From Eledone cirrhosa (lineage: Eukaryota), in NCBI GenBank assembly GCA_964016885.1, contig OZ024757.1, positions 8,556,001 to 8,620,000 on the forward strand: a DNA stretch of 64,000 nt. Direction: 5' to 3'. Below the pieces are notes generated by a model, which was given only the letters and a program-made list of their open reading frames with translations, did not search any database and was not told the DNA's origin. Shown piece after piece: positions 37,317-50,800 of this stretch; within the stretch, counting starts at the first letter, position 1; each line of letters opens with the position of its first letter. Both the position numbers and the translations under genes were made by a program.

Positions 37317-37660
37317 ACTCCTCAAAGACAATGACACAGGATTGAGATATTTGGTGTTATGCAGTAATATAGAAGACCAGCCTTCCCTAGTATTGGTATC
37401 AATGACTCCCACATGGACATCAATACACATCTATATATACACACATTACTATATACACACCTAACATATCGAAGAACCCCATCGATCACGAATGACCATG
37501 TGATTGGCAGCTAGAAAGTTCCCCTCTGTGGCACAAGTCTGGTTGTTTGAGGAAGACCAGCAGTCACCCAAGTATACCAGTCTACCCTCTCCATGCCACA
37601 GATGTTGTCCAAGGGAAAGGTAATGGCTGATACAGCTTGGAACATCACTACATATATATA

Positions 37661-38555
37661 AGAGGTGTGTCAGAAAAGTTCCAGGACTGATGTCACAAAA
37701 GATTTATTTCAAACCCAAACTTCACACTAAGAGTTATCTCCTTCAAAGTAATCCCCCTGGAGTATGTAACTGTAATCTTAGCTCTCTGCAGCAATCAAAC
37801 TTTTTTCTTCATAATTTTATATACATGTCCTCTGTTTCTGGACGTCAAGCAATGAGCACAGAGCAACGAACAAACTTGAAAACTCCGTCAGAAACACTGG
37901 GATTGCTGCAGCAAGTGTATGGAGATGAGACGATGTCACGCTCACGTGTTTTGAGTGGTGCAAGAGGTTTAAAGAAGGATGCGACGACGTGGAAGATGAC
38001 CCCAGGAGCGGAAGGTCCTCAACAACAAGGACTGAGGTCAACATTGAGCGTATCAGGCAGATGGTGCGTAGAAATCGTCGGCTGACTGTTCGACTGATGG
38101 CTAATGAGCTGGGCATGAATCGGGACAGCGTCTGGAAGATTCTCACTGAAGATTTGGACATGCGGAAAGTCTGCGCAAAGATGGTGCCAAAACTGCTGAA
38201 CAATGACCAGAAGGGTCGACGCATGCAAGTGTGCCAGGACATCCTCGAGTGTCTTGAAACTGAACCAGACTTGCTAGGGACAGTCATCACCGGTGATGAG
38301 TCATGGATCTTCGAGTACGACCCGGAGGGGACCCGTTTTGAAGATGTGGATGACATCAAAATGGCCGTGACGATGGAACTGTGGAGGGTCCCGGAAGAAT
38401 CCTTCCAGGAGTGCATGCAAGCTTGGCAGAAAAGGATGGAAAAGTGCATTAGACTCCAGGGGGATTACTTTGAAGGAGAAAACTCTTAGTGTGAAGTTTG
38501 GGTTTGAAATAAATCTTTTGTGACATCAGTCCTGGAACTTTTCTGACCCACCTCG
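37661..38555 (+). mobile_element. Internally deleted mariner element with 103-bp inverted termini
   Basis: ORF 37989..38489: EDDPRSGR, MVPKLL, VITGDESW, GDYFEG; TA flanks. Confidence 0.93.
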
Positions 38556-38604
38556 TATATATATATATATATACACTGTCTACATTATATATTATACACT
38601 ATAT

Positions 38605-38992
38605 ATGTTGTCCATGGGAAACTCAATGGCTGATAAGCTTGGCACTAGTGACATCACAACATATATACATTATATATAGATACTGTGTACAATATATATG
38701 ATGTTGTCCAAGGGAAAAGCAATGACTGATACAGCTTGGCACCAGTGACATCACAACATATATATATACACTATATATATATATATATATACACTGTGTA
38801 CAATATATATCATACACTATATATATTGTCCAAGGGAAAGGTAATGGCTGACACAGCTTGGTACCAGTGACATCACAACATATATATACACTATATTATA
38901 TATACACTGTGTACAATATATATCATACACTATATATATTGTCCAAGGGTAAAGCAATGCCTGACACAGCTTGGCACCAGTGACATCACAAC
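38605..38992. repeat. Four copies of a ~55-bp SINE-body module separated by TA-rich spacers
   Basis: TGTCCAAGGGAAAGGCAATGGCTGATACAGCTTGGCACCAGTGACATCACAAC. Confidence 0.85.
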
Positions 38993-39003
38993 ATATATAT
39001 ATA

Positions 39004-40680
39004 TAATAATAATAATAATAATGAAATTATTGTGTACAGTGCTCAGGTGCACTACAACTCATCAAAGGTGCATGTATAGTACATAGAATAATGTACAAAT
39101 GTCAGGAAAATGAACAGTGTATGAGTCATGATATAATAACAATAACAATAATGAAATATTGTGTACAGTTCCCAGGTGCACCACAACTCATTAAAAAAGT
39201 GCATGTACAGTACATAGGGCAATGCACAAACATCAGTAAAAGGAACAGTGCACGAGTCATGATACACACATGTGTGCATGTGTATGGAAGGGGTACATCA
39301 GGTGTAGTTTTGGCGTATTTCGGGAAGCATGAGTATCTTAAAGGATGCAGTGTCTCGGCAGCTAACAATTGATGCAGGCAGTTTGTTCCATGCTTCAGCA
39401 ACTCTGAGCGTGAAAAAATGTCTACGAAAGTCATGGGAGCTGTGCTGCTTTCTGATCTTGTAGGCATGTCCACGTGTGTTAGACACATGGAGATCAAAGA
39501 GGCGCTCAGGGTTGCAGTTGGCGAGATGGTTAAAAACTTTGTGGGTATTCACCAAGTCCATTGCCAGACGTCGGAGCTTCAATGAATCCATGCCCAGGGA
39601 AGCAAGGCGTTCAGAGTATGGTAGGTGTCTGATGGAGGGTAAGCGCTTGGTTGCACGTCTCTGAACAGTTTCCAGGAGGTCAATGTTCCGAGCAAGATAG
39701 GGGTTCCAGACTGATGATGCGAATTCCAAGTGTGGTCGTACCATAGCTGTATACAGTTTTAAATAGATGGCTGGAGAGCGGCTAACAAAGGTATTGCTGA
39801 GTGATGCCAAGACACCCTCAGCCTTCTTGACAATCTTAGAGACATGCTTTGTCCAACGCAAATCGTTGCTGACAGTAATGCCCAGGTCACGTTCACAAGA
39901 GGACTTTTTGATGTCAGTGTTGTGGAGGGAGTATGTGGACGCTGGATTTTTCCTTCCAAAATGCATGGTGGTACACTTGTCCACAGCCAGCTTCAGTTGC
40001 CAGTCTGTGATCCATTGCTGCATTGTGTCCAGGTCTGACTGTAGGAAAGAGTTGTAAATTTCAGGATCAGTCCTTTTGATTTCAAGGTACAGCTTGATGT
40101 CATCTGCATATTTTAGTACCGTGGCATTCTGTAAGTTGGCATCTATGTCATTAATATATGCCACAAACAAAAGAGGACCAAGAACAGATCCCTGTGGTAC
40201 ACCAGATGACATCTCATATGGTGAAGAATGCTGTCCTAGAACCGTGACTACTTCCTTTCGGCTGAGAATGAAGGATTTCAGCCAGTCGAAAAGATCATCC
40301 CTCACACCCATTGCAGAGAGTTTTGCCATAAGTCTTTTGTGTGGTACAGAATTAAAAGCCTTAGCAAAGTAAAGGTAAACAACATCCACCCATGAGCCGC
40401 TGTCAGTGATCCGGGTGATGTCCTCAAGGAACTCGATAAGCTGATCACAGCAGCTGGAGTTAGGGATAAATCCAAACTGTGAGGGCCGGATGAGGCTGTG
40501 AGAGCTCCAGAAGTTCCAAAGTGTTTCTCTGACACAGGATTCCATCAGTTTGGCCATACAGCTAGTAAGACTGACTGGACGATAGTTGACAGGTGACATG
40601 CAGTTGCCCTTTTTGAACAGGGGAATGACACTGGCAGTTTTCCACTGCTCCGGAGTAGCACCATTGATGAGACAGTATAG
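39004..40680 (-). mobile_element. 5'-truncated CR1-type LINE with duplicated tail
   Basis: ORF 39298..40752 with NYRPVSLTS, GVPQGSVLGPLLF, YADD, VQRRATK, RVAEAWNKLP. Confidence 0.95.
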
Positions 40681-41113
40681 AAAGATATACTTAGATCCCA
40701 GACATCCATAGATTATTTCTATTCTACAGCTATCTCTCTTCCCCAGTTTCAAAATGTGCTGTTTACATTATTATTATTATCATACACTTGTTTCCACAAC
40801 GTATATACTTCGACCTTTTTTTTTATATAAACCATGTTGGACATTGTCTCTTTCTTTACAAACTCATCCCTTACCCCCGCCATTACCTCCCCTTTCTCTC
40901 ACTCATTCATTTCGGTGTTTACGAAGCTAGGTGACCATCTTCAAAGTTCTTGCATACTTGCCTTGTGTAATATGTCTACTTATATCTGCTTATTTCCCCC
41001 GAATCTCCTGTGATGATATATGTCATGATGGCTACCTATCTCACAATTTCCCACTCACCACCATTGGCTATTTGACCAATCAAACCTCAGCAACATGTCC
41101 TTACCCATTACTA

Positions 41114-41352
41114 CCCCAACAAACTCTGCCATTACTACTACTGTCCTTCTAGCCCTTACCAGCCCCAACAAACTCTGCCATTACTACTACTGTCCTTCTA
41201 GCCCTTACCAGCCCCAACAAACTCTGCCATTACTACTATTGTCCTTCTAGCCCTTACCAACCCCAACAAACTCTGCCATTACTACTACTGTCCTTCTAGC
41301 CCTTACCAGCCCCAACAAACCCTGCCATTACTACTACTGTCCTTCTAGCCCT
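41114..41352. repeat. 49-bp minisatellite, about 5 copies
   Basis: CCCCAACAAACTCTGCCATTACTACTACTGTCCTTCTAGCCCTTACCAG; starts at 41114 and 41163. Confidence 0.95.
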
Positions 41353-41369
41353 GCTCCAAAGAATACTTG

Positions 41370-42990
41370 ATTACTGTTATGTATGGAGGAGCGAAGGATA
41401 AATGGAACAACCCCGAATAAATAAATGAATATGAATAGGATGGGTGGTGTAGGTATACTATTAGCTGAGAAATGCGTAGATAAAGTAATAACCACATATT
41501 GTTAATCAGGTAATACTAGAGGGTGTCATACCAAAGGATTGGTGCAGCAGCATCATCGTCAACTGCTACAAGAGTAAAGTAGATGCACTAGATAGAATAA
41601 ACTATAGAGGTATAAAGCTGATGGACCAGGTTATGAAAGTAATGGAAAGAGTCATAGCACAGTTGATTAGGGACTGGGTAAAACTAGGTGAGATGCAGTT
41701 TGGGCTTGTGCCAGGAAAAAGGACCACTGATGCTCTCTTCCTTGTGAGGCAGTTACAGGTAAAGTACCTAGCTAAAAGCAAGCCGCTCTACCTGGCTCTT
41801 GTCGATATGGAAAAAGTCTTCAACAGAGTGCTCTGTGCTATAATCTGGTGGGCTCTTAGAAAACTAGGAGTAGATTAGTGGCTTGTGAAAGCTGTACATG
41901 CCATGTATAGGGGAGCAGTCAGCAAAGAGTTAACAATGACTATAGCGGGGAATTTAGCATACAGGTCGGTGTCCACCAGGGCTCTGTTCTTAGCCCTCTC
42001 CTGTTTATTATAGTATTGCAGGCTATAACAGAGGAGTTTAAGACCTGATGCCCATAGGAACTCCTATATGTAGATGATCTTACACTTATAGCTGAATCTA
42101 TGGCAGAACTAAAGAAACAAGCACCACCAAACTGTGGGAGAGATCTGTAGAAACAGTAGACATCTTTTGTTACCTAGGTGACCGAATAAGCAGCAGAGAT
42201 GGGTGTTCTGAAAGTACAGTAACCAGGTTAACGACGGGATTGAAGAAGTTCAGGGAGCTACTGCCACTGCTAGCTACAAAAGGCTTTTCCCTCAAAATGA
42301 AAGACAGACAGTATGATGCGTGCATACGAACAGCAATGTTACATGGTAGTGAGACCTGGGTGCTGTCTGTAGAAGACTTGCGGAGAAAGAAATGAAGCTT
42401 GCATGCTCCGATGGATGTGTAATAGTAATATACGCGAACAGCAAAGCATATATGAATTGAGAGAGAGACTGAGCATCAGAGGGATCACATGCTGTGTGCA
42501 GGAGAGGAGGTTGTGTTGGTATAGACATGTGATGTGTATGAAGGATGAAAGCTACATAAACAGATGCAGAGCACTAGAAGTCGATGGCAGCCATGGAGTG
42601 GGGGGACCCAAGAAGACCTGGGATGAGGTGATGAAAGCTGACCTTACCCAATTGCACCTCCAAAATGCGATGACACCGGACCGTGACCTCTGGCTTCACA
42701 CAGTAATATAGAAGACCAGACTTCCCACGGGTACAAGCCGAAGCTGAAGCATATAGACAATATGCCCCCACCCCCTCCCACTGTAAAGTGGCCATGGAGG
42801 TGTCACAACAAAAAAGCACCCATCACTCACTGTGAGGTTGGTGTTAGGAAGGGCATCCAGCTGTAGATATCAAGCCAAAATCGGTTCCCATCTGAGCAAG
42901 ACAAGGTCACCCTACCTGGCACTGCCCAAAACAGGACAACCTGTCTAACCCATACTACCGTGGAAGAAGGGACGTAAAACAGTGATGATG
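41370..42990 (+). mobile_element. Decayed RTE LINE with several internal deletions
   Basis: ORFs 41621..41878 and 42403..42711 are RTE RT segments. Confidence 0.9.
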
Positions 42991-42999
42991 ATATACATA

Positions 43000-43640
43000 T
43001 ATACACTGTGTACAGTATATATACACTATATATATTATACAGTATATATACACCATATACATTATATATATACACTATATAAATGTCCAAGAGAAAGGCA
43101 ATGGCCAATACAGCTTGGCACCAGTGACGTCACAACATATATATACACTATATATATTATACAGTATATATACACTATATATATTATACAGTATATATAC
43201 ACTATATATATTATACAGTATATATACACTATATATATTATACAGTATATATACACTATATATATATTATACAGTATATATACACTATATATATTATACA
43301 GTATATATACACTATATATATTATACAGTATATATACACTATATATATTATACAGTATATATACACTATATATATATTATACAGTATATATACACTATAT
43401 ATATATTATACAGTATATATACACTATATATATTATACAGTATATATACACTATATATATTATACAGTATATATACACTATATATATTATACAGTATATA
43501 TACACTATATATATATATATACAGTATATATACACTATATATATTATACAGTATATATATTATACAGTATATATACACTATATATATTATACAGTATATA
43601 TACACTATATATATATATACAGTATATATACACTATATAT
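43000..43640. repeat. TA-rich ~27-bp minisatellite (TATATATTATACAGTATATATACACTA)
   Basis: Direct tandem repeat. Confidence 0.9.
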
Positions 43641-43641
43641 A

Positions 43642-43838
43642 TGTCCAAGAGAAAGGTTATGGCTGATACAGCTTGGCACCAGTGACATCACAGCTCATTT
43701 CTACAGCTAAGTAAACTGGAGCAACGTGAAATAAAGTGTCTTGCTCAAGGACACAACACAACACCCGGTCCGAAACTCGAACTCAACACCTTTTAATTGT
43801 AAGCCCAATGCTCTAACCACTAAGCCACGATACGTTCC
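43642..43838 (-). mobile_element. SINE family 1 head plus body module
   Basis: GTGGCTTAGTGGTTAGAGC and GAGTTCGAGT boxes; CCTTGAGCAAGACACTTTATTTCAC. Confidence 0.8.
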
Positions 43839-45463
43839 AGAACCAACCGTGATATAGAGAGACCATAAAGACAACCGTTGTTTCCATAGTTTAAGCCTTA
43901 AAATACCTCTCATACATGCTTTAAGTACATATAAACTCATTAAAACACACTTTTGTAATTAAACACCAAAAACAGCCAGTAACGATCGTATAGAAACTAC
44001 CACCAACTATCATACCACTAGTTACCAATGAGGACTATTGCCAGCCACAGTAGCCACTTGGTAATACACTGCACATCTCCCGTCAATCTATGAAGGGTTT
44101 GTAGTAGATTAGAGCAAAACACAATCAGTAAAAGAATAATGGAATGAAAAATATAAACATTTGTTTATAATTAAAGCCTTAAGATGTCCCTTCCTTACGA
44201 TATACACTTTAATAACATTGAAACTTATTTAATAAGTTTAAATTTTAAACACTTTTTATTCAGACGTACCGCGATAAGAAACTAGATATGTTCTAACGAA
44301 TAATCCGCGATGTGGCGAGGATTACCGCGATAGGAAATTAGATACGTTCCAAAGACATATCCGCGATGTAACGGGACCGCGAAAAGTGAACCGCGATATA
44401 GCGGGGGATTACTGTATATATACACACACAACATACATCTATCTATATACACTCATAACATTTATTTCGATTTTTTACATTAATATGTTGACTGAGGGTG
44501 TGACAACTGTTTCTTGTTTGAGGTTGTTCCAGTGGTTGAAATATAGACGGAGGTAATTTAAATAATAAAGACAGTCATGATAACAATATATTTTATATCA
44601 CATGTAACAGTGGAATCTGATTAATTACTCGATCTTTGTAGGGGTCACATAATTATATTATTTACACACATTAATATAGACATTACGTAAATCTTTGTCA
44701 ACTTACCTCCTTCACATATAATCAATGTGTTGTGTTGTTAGGTTTTACTAACCAAAGAAATAATCTCTTTGTTATCAAATTAGAAGTTTCAATGTTATCA
44801 GCTTTATTTCACGACATTAACGTTGGTGTATCTTCTTCATCTTTAGTCATAAATTGATATCTTGTCAGAATGAAGTAGTGAGGCTGACTTTATGTCTTTA
44901 GCTACAGATTAGATAGGAAATATATATATATTAGGTTGATATGTGGTCTAAAATATATATATTGTCTATAAATGACTGATAGCAGATGTTCTGGTGAAAT
45001 AGTAGTTTTACTACTACAGATTGTAATGGAACTCTTAGAAGACACAATTGTAAAGTAAGAATAGATATGACAGTGTAAGACTGATGTCGGGGAAATAAAA
45101 TTGTGTGTATATATATATTAGAATAATTAAAGTTATAATGAAGACAGCAAGTACCCGGTGTCGTTGAAAATGATTTAACTCCCTTACCGGTGTAATACGT
45201 TAAAATTCCCTGATATAATTTAATACATTCAGACACACTTCCAATCGTATTTAATTGATGATAAATCAAAAAGTATCACTCAGTAAAATATCAATTATAT
45301 ATCTATGTAGTCTCTCACTCTGCTAGAAATAGCAGTGAAAATATCCATTAAGGATTTTTCTTTCTTTAAACTTTTACGTTTAGTTAAACAATCAACACAG
45401 CAAGTCTTTTGTACAGACTTCAGAATAAGCTCGAAAACCGCCAGAATATCATTCTCCTTCTTG

Positions 45464-45501
<38 letters not shown>

Positions 45502-45523
45502 GCACGCACACATAATATATATA

Positions 45524-45610
45524 CAGTGAAATTCCGTTATAACGAAATTCACGGGTATAAAGATAATTCGTTGTAACGACAAATTCTTTATAATCGAAAT
45601 AAATCGTCTG
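45524..45610. mobile_element. pogo/Tigger-like terminal fragment
   Basis: TA|CAGTGAAATTCCGTTATAACGAA. Confidence 0.45.
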
Positions 45611-47869
45611 TTTGTTGTTCAATTGTATTCTAGTTATGGGGTTTCACATGGAACCTTATATATATAACACAGAGAAGTATAAAGTCCAAGTGAAAATATA
45701 AGACAACATATAATCTAATAAGAAGGTTAAAGAAAAGAAGGAAAAACAAGTGAAATGAAAGAGAAAGTTGAAAGGAAAAGTTAGAAAAGAATCATTGAAA
45801 TAATTATTCTACAAAGTGTTCTGTCTCATTTAGAAAGTGTTTTCTATGTTGGCCAGCTAAAATCTTCCCTCACTCAATTATATCAAGTTCATTAGTTAAT
45901 CCTAACTTTCCTGTAAAAAATTACTGATTTCAACAACAACTTTTTGGCTAAAACCACCAACAATAACAAATATGTTTGTTTCGAGAGAGGGAGAGAAGAC
46001 CTCTATGTGGTTACTTGACTTGTTGGAAATAGCAGCCAAATTTCTTTCAGGTCACATACCTTCTTGAATTAGGAAAGGACTGTTTGGTCGGTTGCTTTAA
46101 ACCTTCATAAGTAGATATAATTCAAACCAAGGGTCAGACCTGTAGTAATTGAATGAATTTCTCCACAATTTCGCCGTTCATATTATAGATCATCTTGCCT
46201 GTGTTGAAATATGAAACCACAGAAGCATCACTATCGCAGCCTTGATCGTGGTTCAGTGACACTACATGCTCAACCCATCGGCCAACAGCTCCTACCCAAC
46301 AACCAACACAACACCCCACCTAAAGACAAGAACCTTACAGTTAGCAGCCCGACTCCCTCTCTTTTTATTTGTAATATTATGACGATGGTATGATCTGAGT
46401 TTAAATCCCTCCGAGGTTAACTTTGCCTTTTATCCTTACGGGGTCAATAAAATAAAGTACCAGTAATGCACTGGTGTTGATTTAATCTACTTTCCCCTCC
46501 CCCAAAATTGTTGGTCTTATGCCTATATAAGGAACCAATATTATCACCACGGTTATGTTAACAAATAAACTGTTTATTTAGATTTTTAAAAATTTATTTT
46601 AACATTAATTTAGATCAATTATAATAATCTTCTTTCATAGACATTAAAATCAAACATAATTTAATCATACATTGTAGTTTTTAATAAGTTAATAATTCAT
46701 TGTATGTATATAAATAAATAAAATATTTTATGTGCATAACTGTCCATCTATATGTATACATGTATGTATAAAAATATATTTACATACATATATACATTTT
46801 CAGACGTATACACAAGAGTATATATATATATATTCATATAAATATATATATACACGTGTAGAATATTTAATGGAATACATAAGAGTATATATTTATAAAT
46901 ATATGTGCGTATATATATATATATTTATATGTTTATATTTATATATCAATCATCTTTTAACATATATATGTGTATATAAAATATATACAGGGTCTCCCCA
47001 AAAATGTATACACACGTCAACTACAATCTATGTAAGTGTGTATACATTTTTGGGGGACACTGTAATATACATATCATGTAAGGTGACTCCTACATGTGTA
47101 TAAATAAATATACATGTATTTTATTAACAATTTTGTGTAGAATCTGTTGTGTGTCCCAGGTTCATGTAGCTGTTGGGCATAAGTTCCATATCACCAAAAA
47201 CTGCCTTTAAACACATGTCAGATGGATTACAATATTCATTATTACAAATACTTTGACTATTCCCTGACAATTAGTACCAGTTTCAACATAGAATTATTTT
47301 AACAAAGTATATTTGATTTGATTTGATTTTCGCCAACAAACCACGTGTGGACATGGACAGGGGAAATAAACAACAAATCACTACATTCCTTAGGGATCGC
47401 AGTAAGTACTTCACAAAATCTATAAACAACAATACACACAGATTTATATACAGATACATACCACATGCATATACACACAGATTTATATACAGATATATAC
47501 CACATGCATATACACACAAGTGAAAAGAAACCACACTATTTCGTGAGAGACACTATACCGGCCAATCTTACGTACATTTGTCAAATATCTCTGAACATTG
47601 ACTTCGCTTCTAACCCACATACACATTTTAATTATATATATATATAATTATATATGCGTGTGCAGATCTTATTGCATACACACACACATAATACATAGGA
47701 ACACAGAAACAGAAATACAAAAACAAAACATAAACAAACATTTATCTTGTTAACTTACACAACATATTTATTTGTTTCATGCACAGAATCTTCTGTACAC
47801 ACATCATTTAGGAAAACGGAAACAAAATACACCAAAAAACAAACAGAAATTTTTTTTATTTATTTCTAT

Positions 47870-50800
47870 CGTAATCAAGTGCGCTAAACCTATATTGTTT
47901 ACATTCTGTGTTTTTCTACGGATGGGCAGAAATAACAAAATTGCCACGGTGATGTCCATGGATGAAGTATGCGACAAAACTGGTCGATGTTCCAAAATAG
48001 AACATTGCCCAGAAAACCACATCTGCCATATCTGTTCGGAACACGAAAACTCGTTCCATTATCGATGGGTCGAATGTGGAACCTGTCACATCTCTGTCTG
48101 CCTTCAATGCGCCACAGGCTTCCGGAGGATCCCAGGCCAAAAAAAGAGACATCATAATGCTATGATGGATGGAATCTGGGAGATGGTACAGCTAAAATCT
48201 TGGTCCTTTCAGTGCCTGGACTGTATGCCTGCCTCCACTAATGTTATTGAAAAACAACAACAACAACAACAACCAATGACTGTATCTCCCTCCACCATTG
48301 TTACTGAACAACTGCAAAAACCTATGACACTGGCTTCTGCTGCTATTCCTGTGGGAGAACATCAGAAACAACAACAACCCATGTCTTCCACTCCCAGTAC
48401 ATCTCGACATCAACAACCGGCGGCTGAGTCTTCCCCTACCATTCCTGTGGAGGAACATCATCATCATCACCACCACCACCAACAATAACAACAACAACAG
48501 CAGCAAACAACAACAACAACAACCGACCAGTACAGATTTTGCAGAATTGCAACCAATGATTTCTGCTTTAAGAAGGGAAGTAACAGGAATAAAGGCAAGC
48601 ATTCGGGTAGGACCCCACAATGAGGGGTCTTATTGGAATGCCTTGCTAAAGAATCTCCCTGTACCTCTTGCCGCATCTGAGCACACTGAGAAGACTGCGG
48701 AATCTGCTACCCATGAAGTAATTGCCATTGGGGTACCAGAGGACAAGGCTGATCTTCAGGCATTTGCTGCCAGCTCAGCCAAAGACCTAGGCTGTGTTCC
48801 CCCAAAGGGTGGTCTTTGCCTTGGTCGACCTCGTCCAAAACTAAACTCATCAGGCTGTCTTTTTCGGACCCCGCTGAGGCAATCTCATACCATCTGGCCT
48901 CTGTTAAAGCTGGGCGTGAAAATCGGATTACCTTCTGAACACACCCAGGCCTACCACCCCATGTACGTCGAAAGCTACGTGCTGCAGCTTCCTTGAATCG
49001 GAACTCAGCACAACATGAAAGTTTTAGTCTGCGTGATGATGGGCAGATCTAGAGGTTTGTTAAGGCTGGTGAAACGTGGAAGAGAGATACCAGCAGGTCT
49101 GAGTGTGCTCTATCCACAATAACTAGCAATAAAAAAAACTGCAACAACTCTGGGAAACTAAACCAGAACAACCTGCCACCCTCTACACACCATGATAAAC
49201 TGTAACCAGGGTACAAATTGTTGTCCTTAAATGCTCGCATTTTTATGCAACAAGATACATCTGTTTGACTCCTACGTCAGAAGCATCGACCCTGACTTCA
49301 TCACAGTCACAGAAACATGGGCACATTCCTTACTCTGTGATGGGGTTTTCAGCATTACTGGGTACAACCTTTCCGCAAGGACCGCATTAATCGCCGTGGT
49401 GGTGGTGTGATGGTCTACGTTCGTTCAAACTTTTCGGTAATTCCTTGCATTGATTTGAACGAATCACAGGAAGAAGTTTTTTTCTGTGACGTACGTATGG
49501 CCATGTCAACACTTCTGCTTGGTGTTGTTTATCGCCCCCCAAACTACCATCAGGACACACAGCTTTGCGATATCCTCAGAGTTGCTGCCAAGAAAACAGC
49601 CACTTATGTGTTTATTGCAGGTGACTTCAATCATCCTGAGATCGATTGGGAAACCTTTCGTTGGCCACAGGGTGCAAACGATTTCCTTGAACTAGTGCTG
49701 GACTCAAACTGGTCACAAGTAGTCACCTCTCCAACAAGAGGTAACAACACTTTGGACCTGATCTTCACCACTACTCCTGAAGTGGTTATCAGTTGTACTA
49801 CTGAGGAACCTCTAGGCGACTCTGATCATGCTATGATCATTGCCAATCTGGCACTTGAGGGCAGCAACAAAAACCAGAGCCATCTCCAGTCTGCTTGCTT
49901 TGATTGGAAGAGGGCGGATTGGAACTTGTACTGCACTGAGCTACAGTGCCCAAACTGGCATGAGATGTATAACTCTGGAGATGTGAACTCTATACTCCAG
50001 AGCATCCTGGACTCAATATGGATAGCGCGTGCAGCATCAGTGCCACGGAAGCGGAAAAATAACCACCCCAAAAGTGCAATTTGGGAAACTTCAGCGGTCC
50101 GACTTGCCAGGAAAGAACGTCGGAACGCTGAACGGGAATATAAACTGCATAAATCAGATGACAACAGAAAAAAGCGGAATAAATATTCTAACCATCTCAA
50201 GCAAGTGACAAAGAAGGCAGTGTTTGAATTTGAACAGTGCATAGCAACCAATCCTGACAATAAGGTGTTCTGGAAATATGTTCATTCAAAGCAGAGACCT
50301 CACTCTCCAGTTGGTCCTCTTTGCAATCCCCACACAAGCCAGATCACTGATGATCCCAAATAATGCGCAGAACTTATTGCTGAGTGCTATGCAAGTATTT
50401 TTACTGTTGAAAACCAGAATGTACCATCTCTAACATCAAATTCCATAACAACTATGGAATTTACACCTGCAATGTTGCGACGTCACCTTAAGAATAAGCG
50501 CAACTATGCCTCCCTGGTCTTGATGGTGTGACATAACTGCTTCTCAAACATGGCGGGTATTACATTTTGCACCAGCTTTCTTTCTTCTTTCAATACTGTC
50601 TCAACAATGGTGCTATTCTGGAGCAGTGGAAAACTGCCAGTGTCATTCCCCTGTTCAAAAAGGGCAACCGCATGTCACCTGTCAACTATCGTCCAGTCAG
50701 TCTTACTAGCTGTATGGCCAAACAGATGGAATCCTGTGTCAAGGAAACACTTTGGAACTTCTGGAGCTCTCACAGCCTCATCCGGCCCTCACAGTTTGGA

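Noticed and set aside
38605-38992. CRISPR-like repeat-spacer pattern
   Set aside because: The repeat is a SINE-body fragment, the spacers are related TA microsatellite, there are no cas genes, and the context is eukaryotic
42982-43710. Long I/Y-rich ORFs (also 5519-5967, 9311-9839, 25454-25774, 55591-56038)
   Set aside because: Translations of micro- and minisatellites
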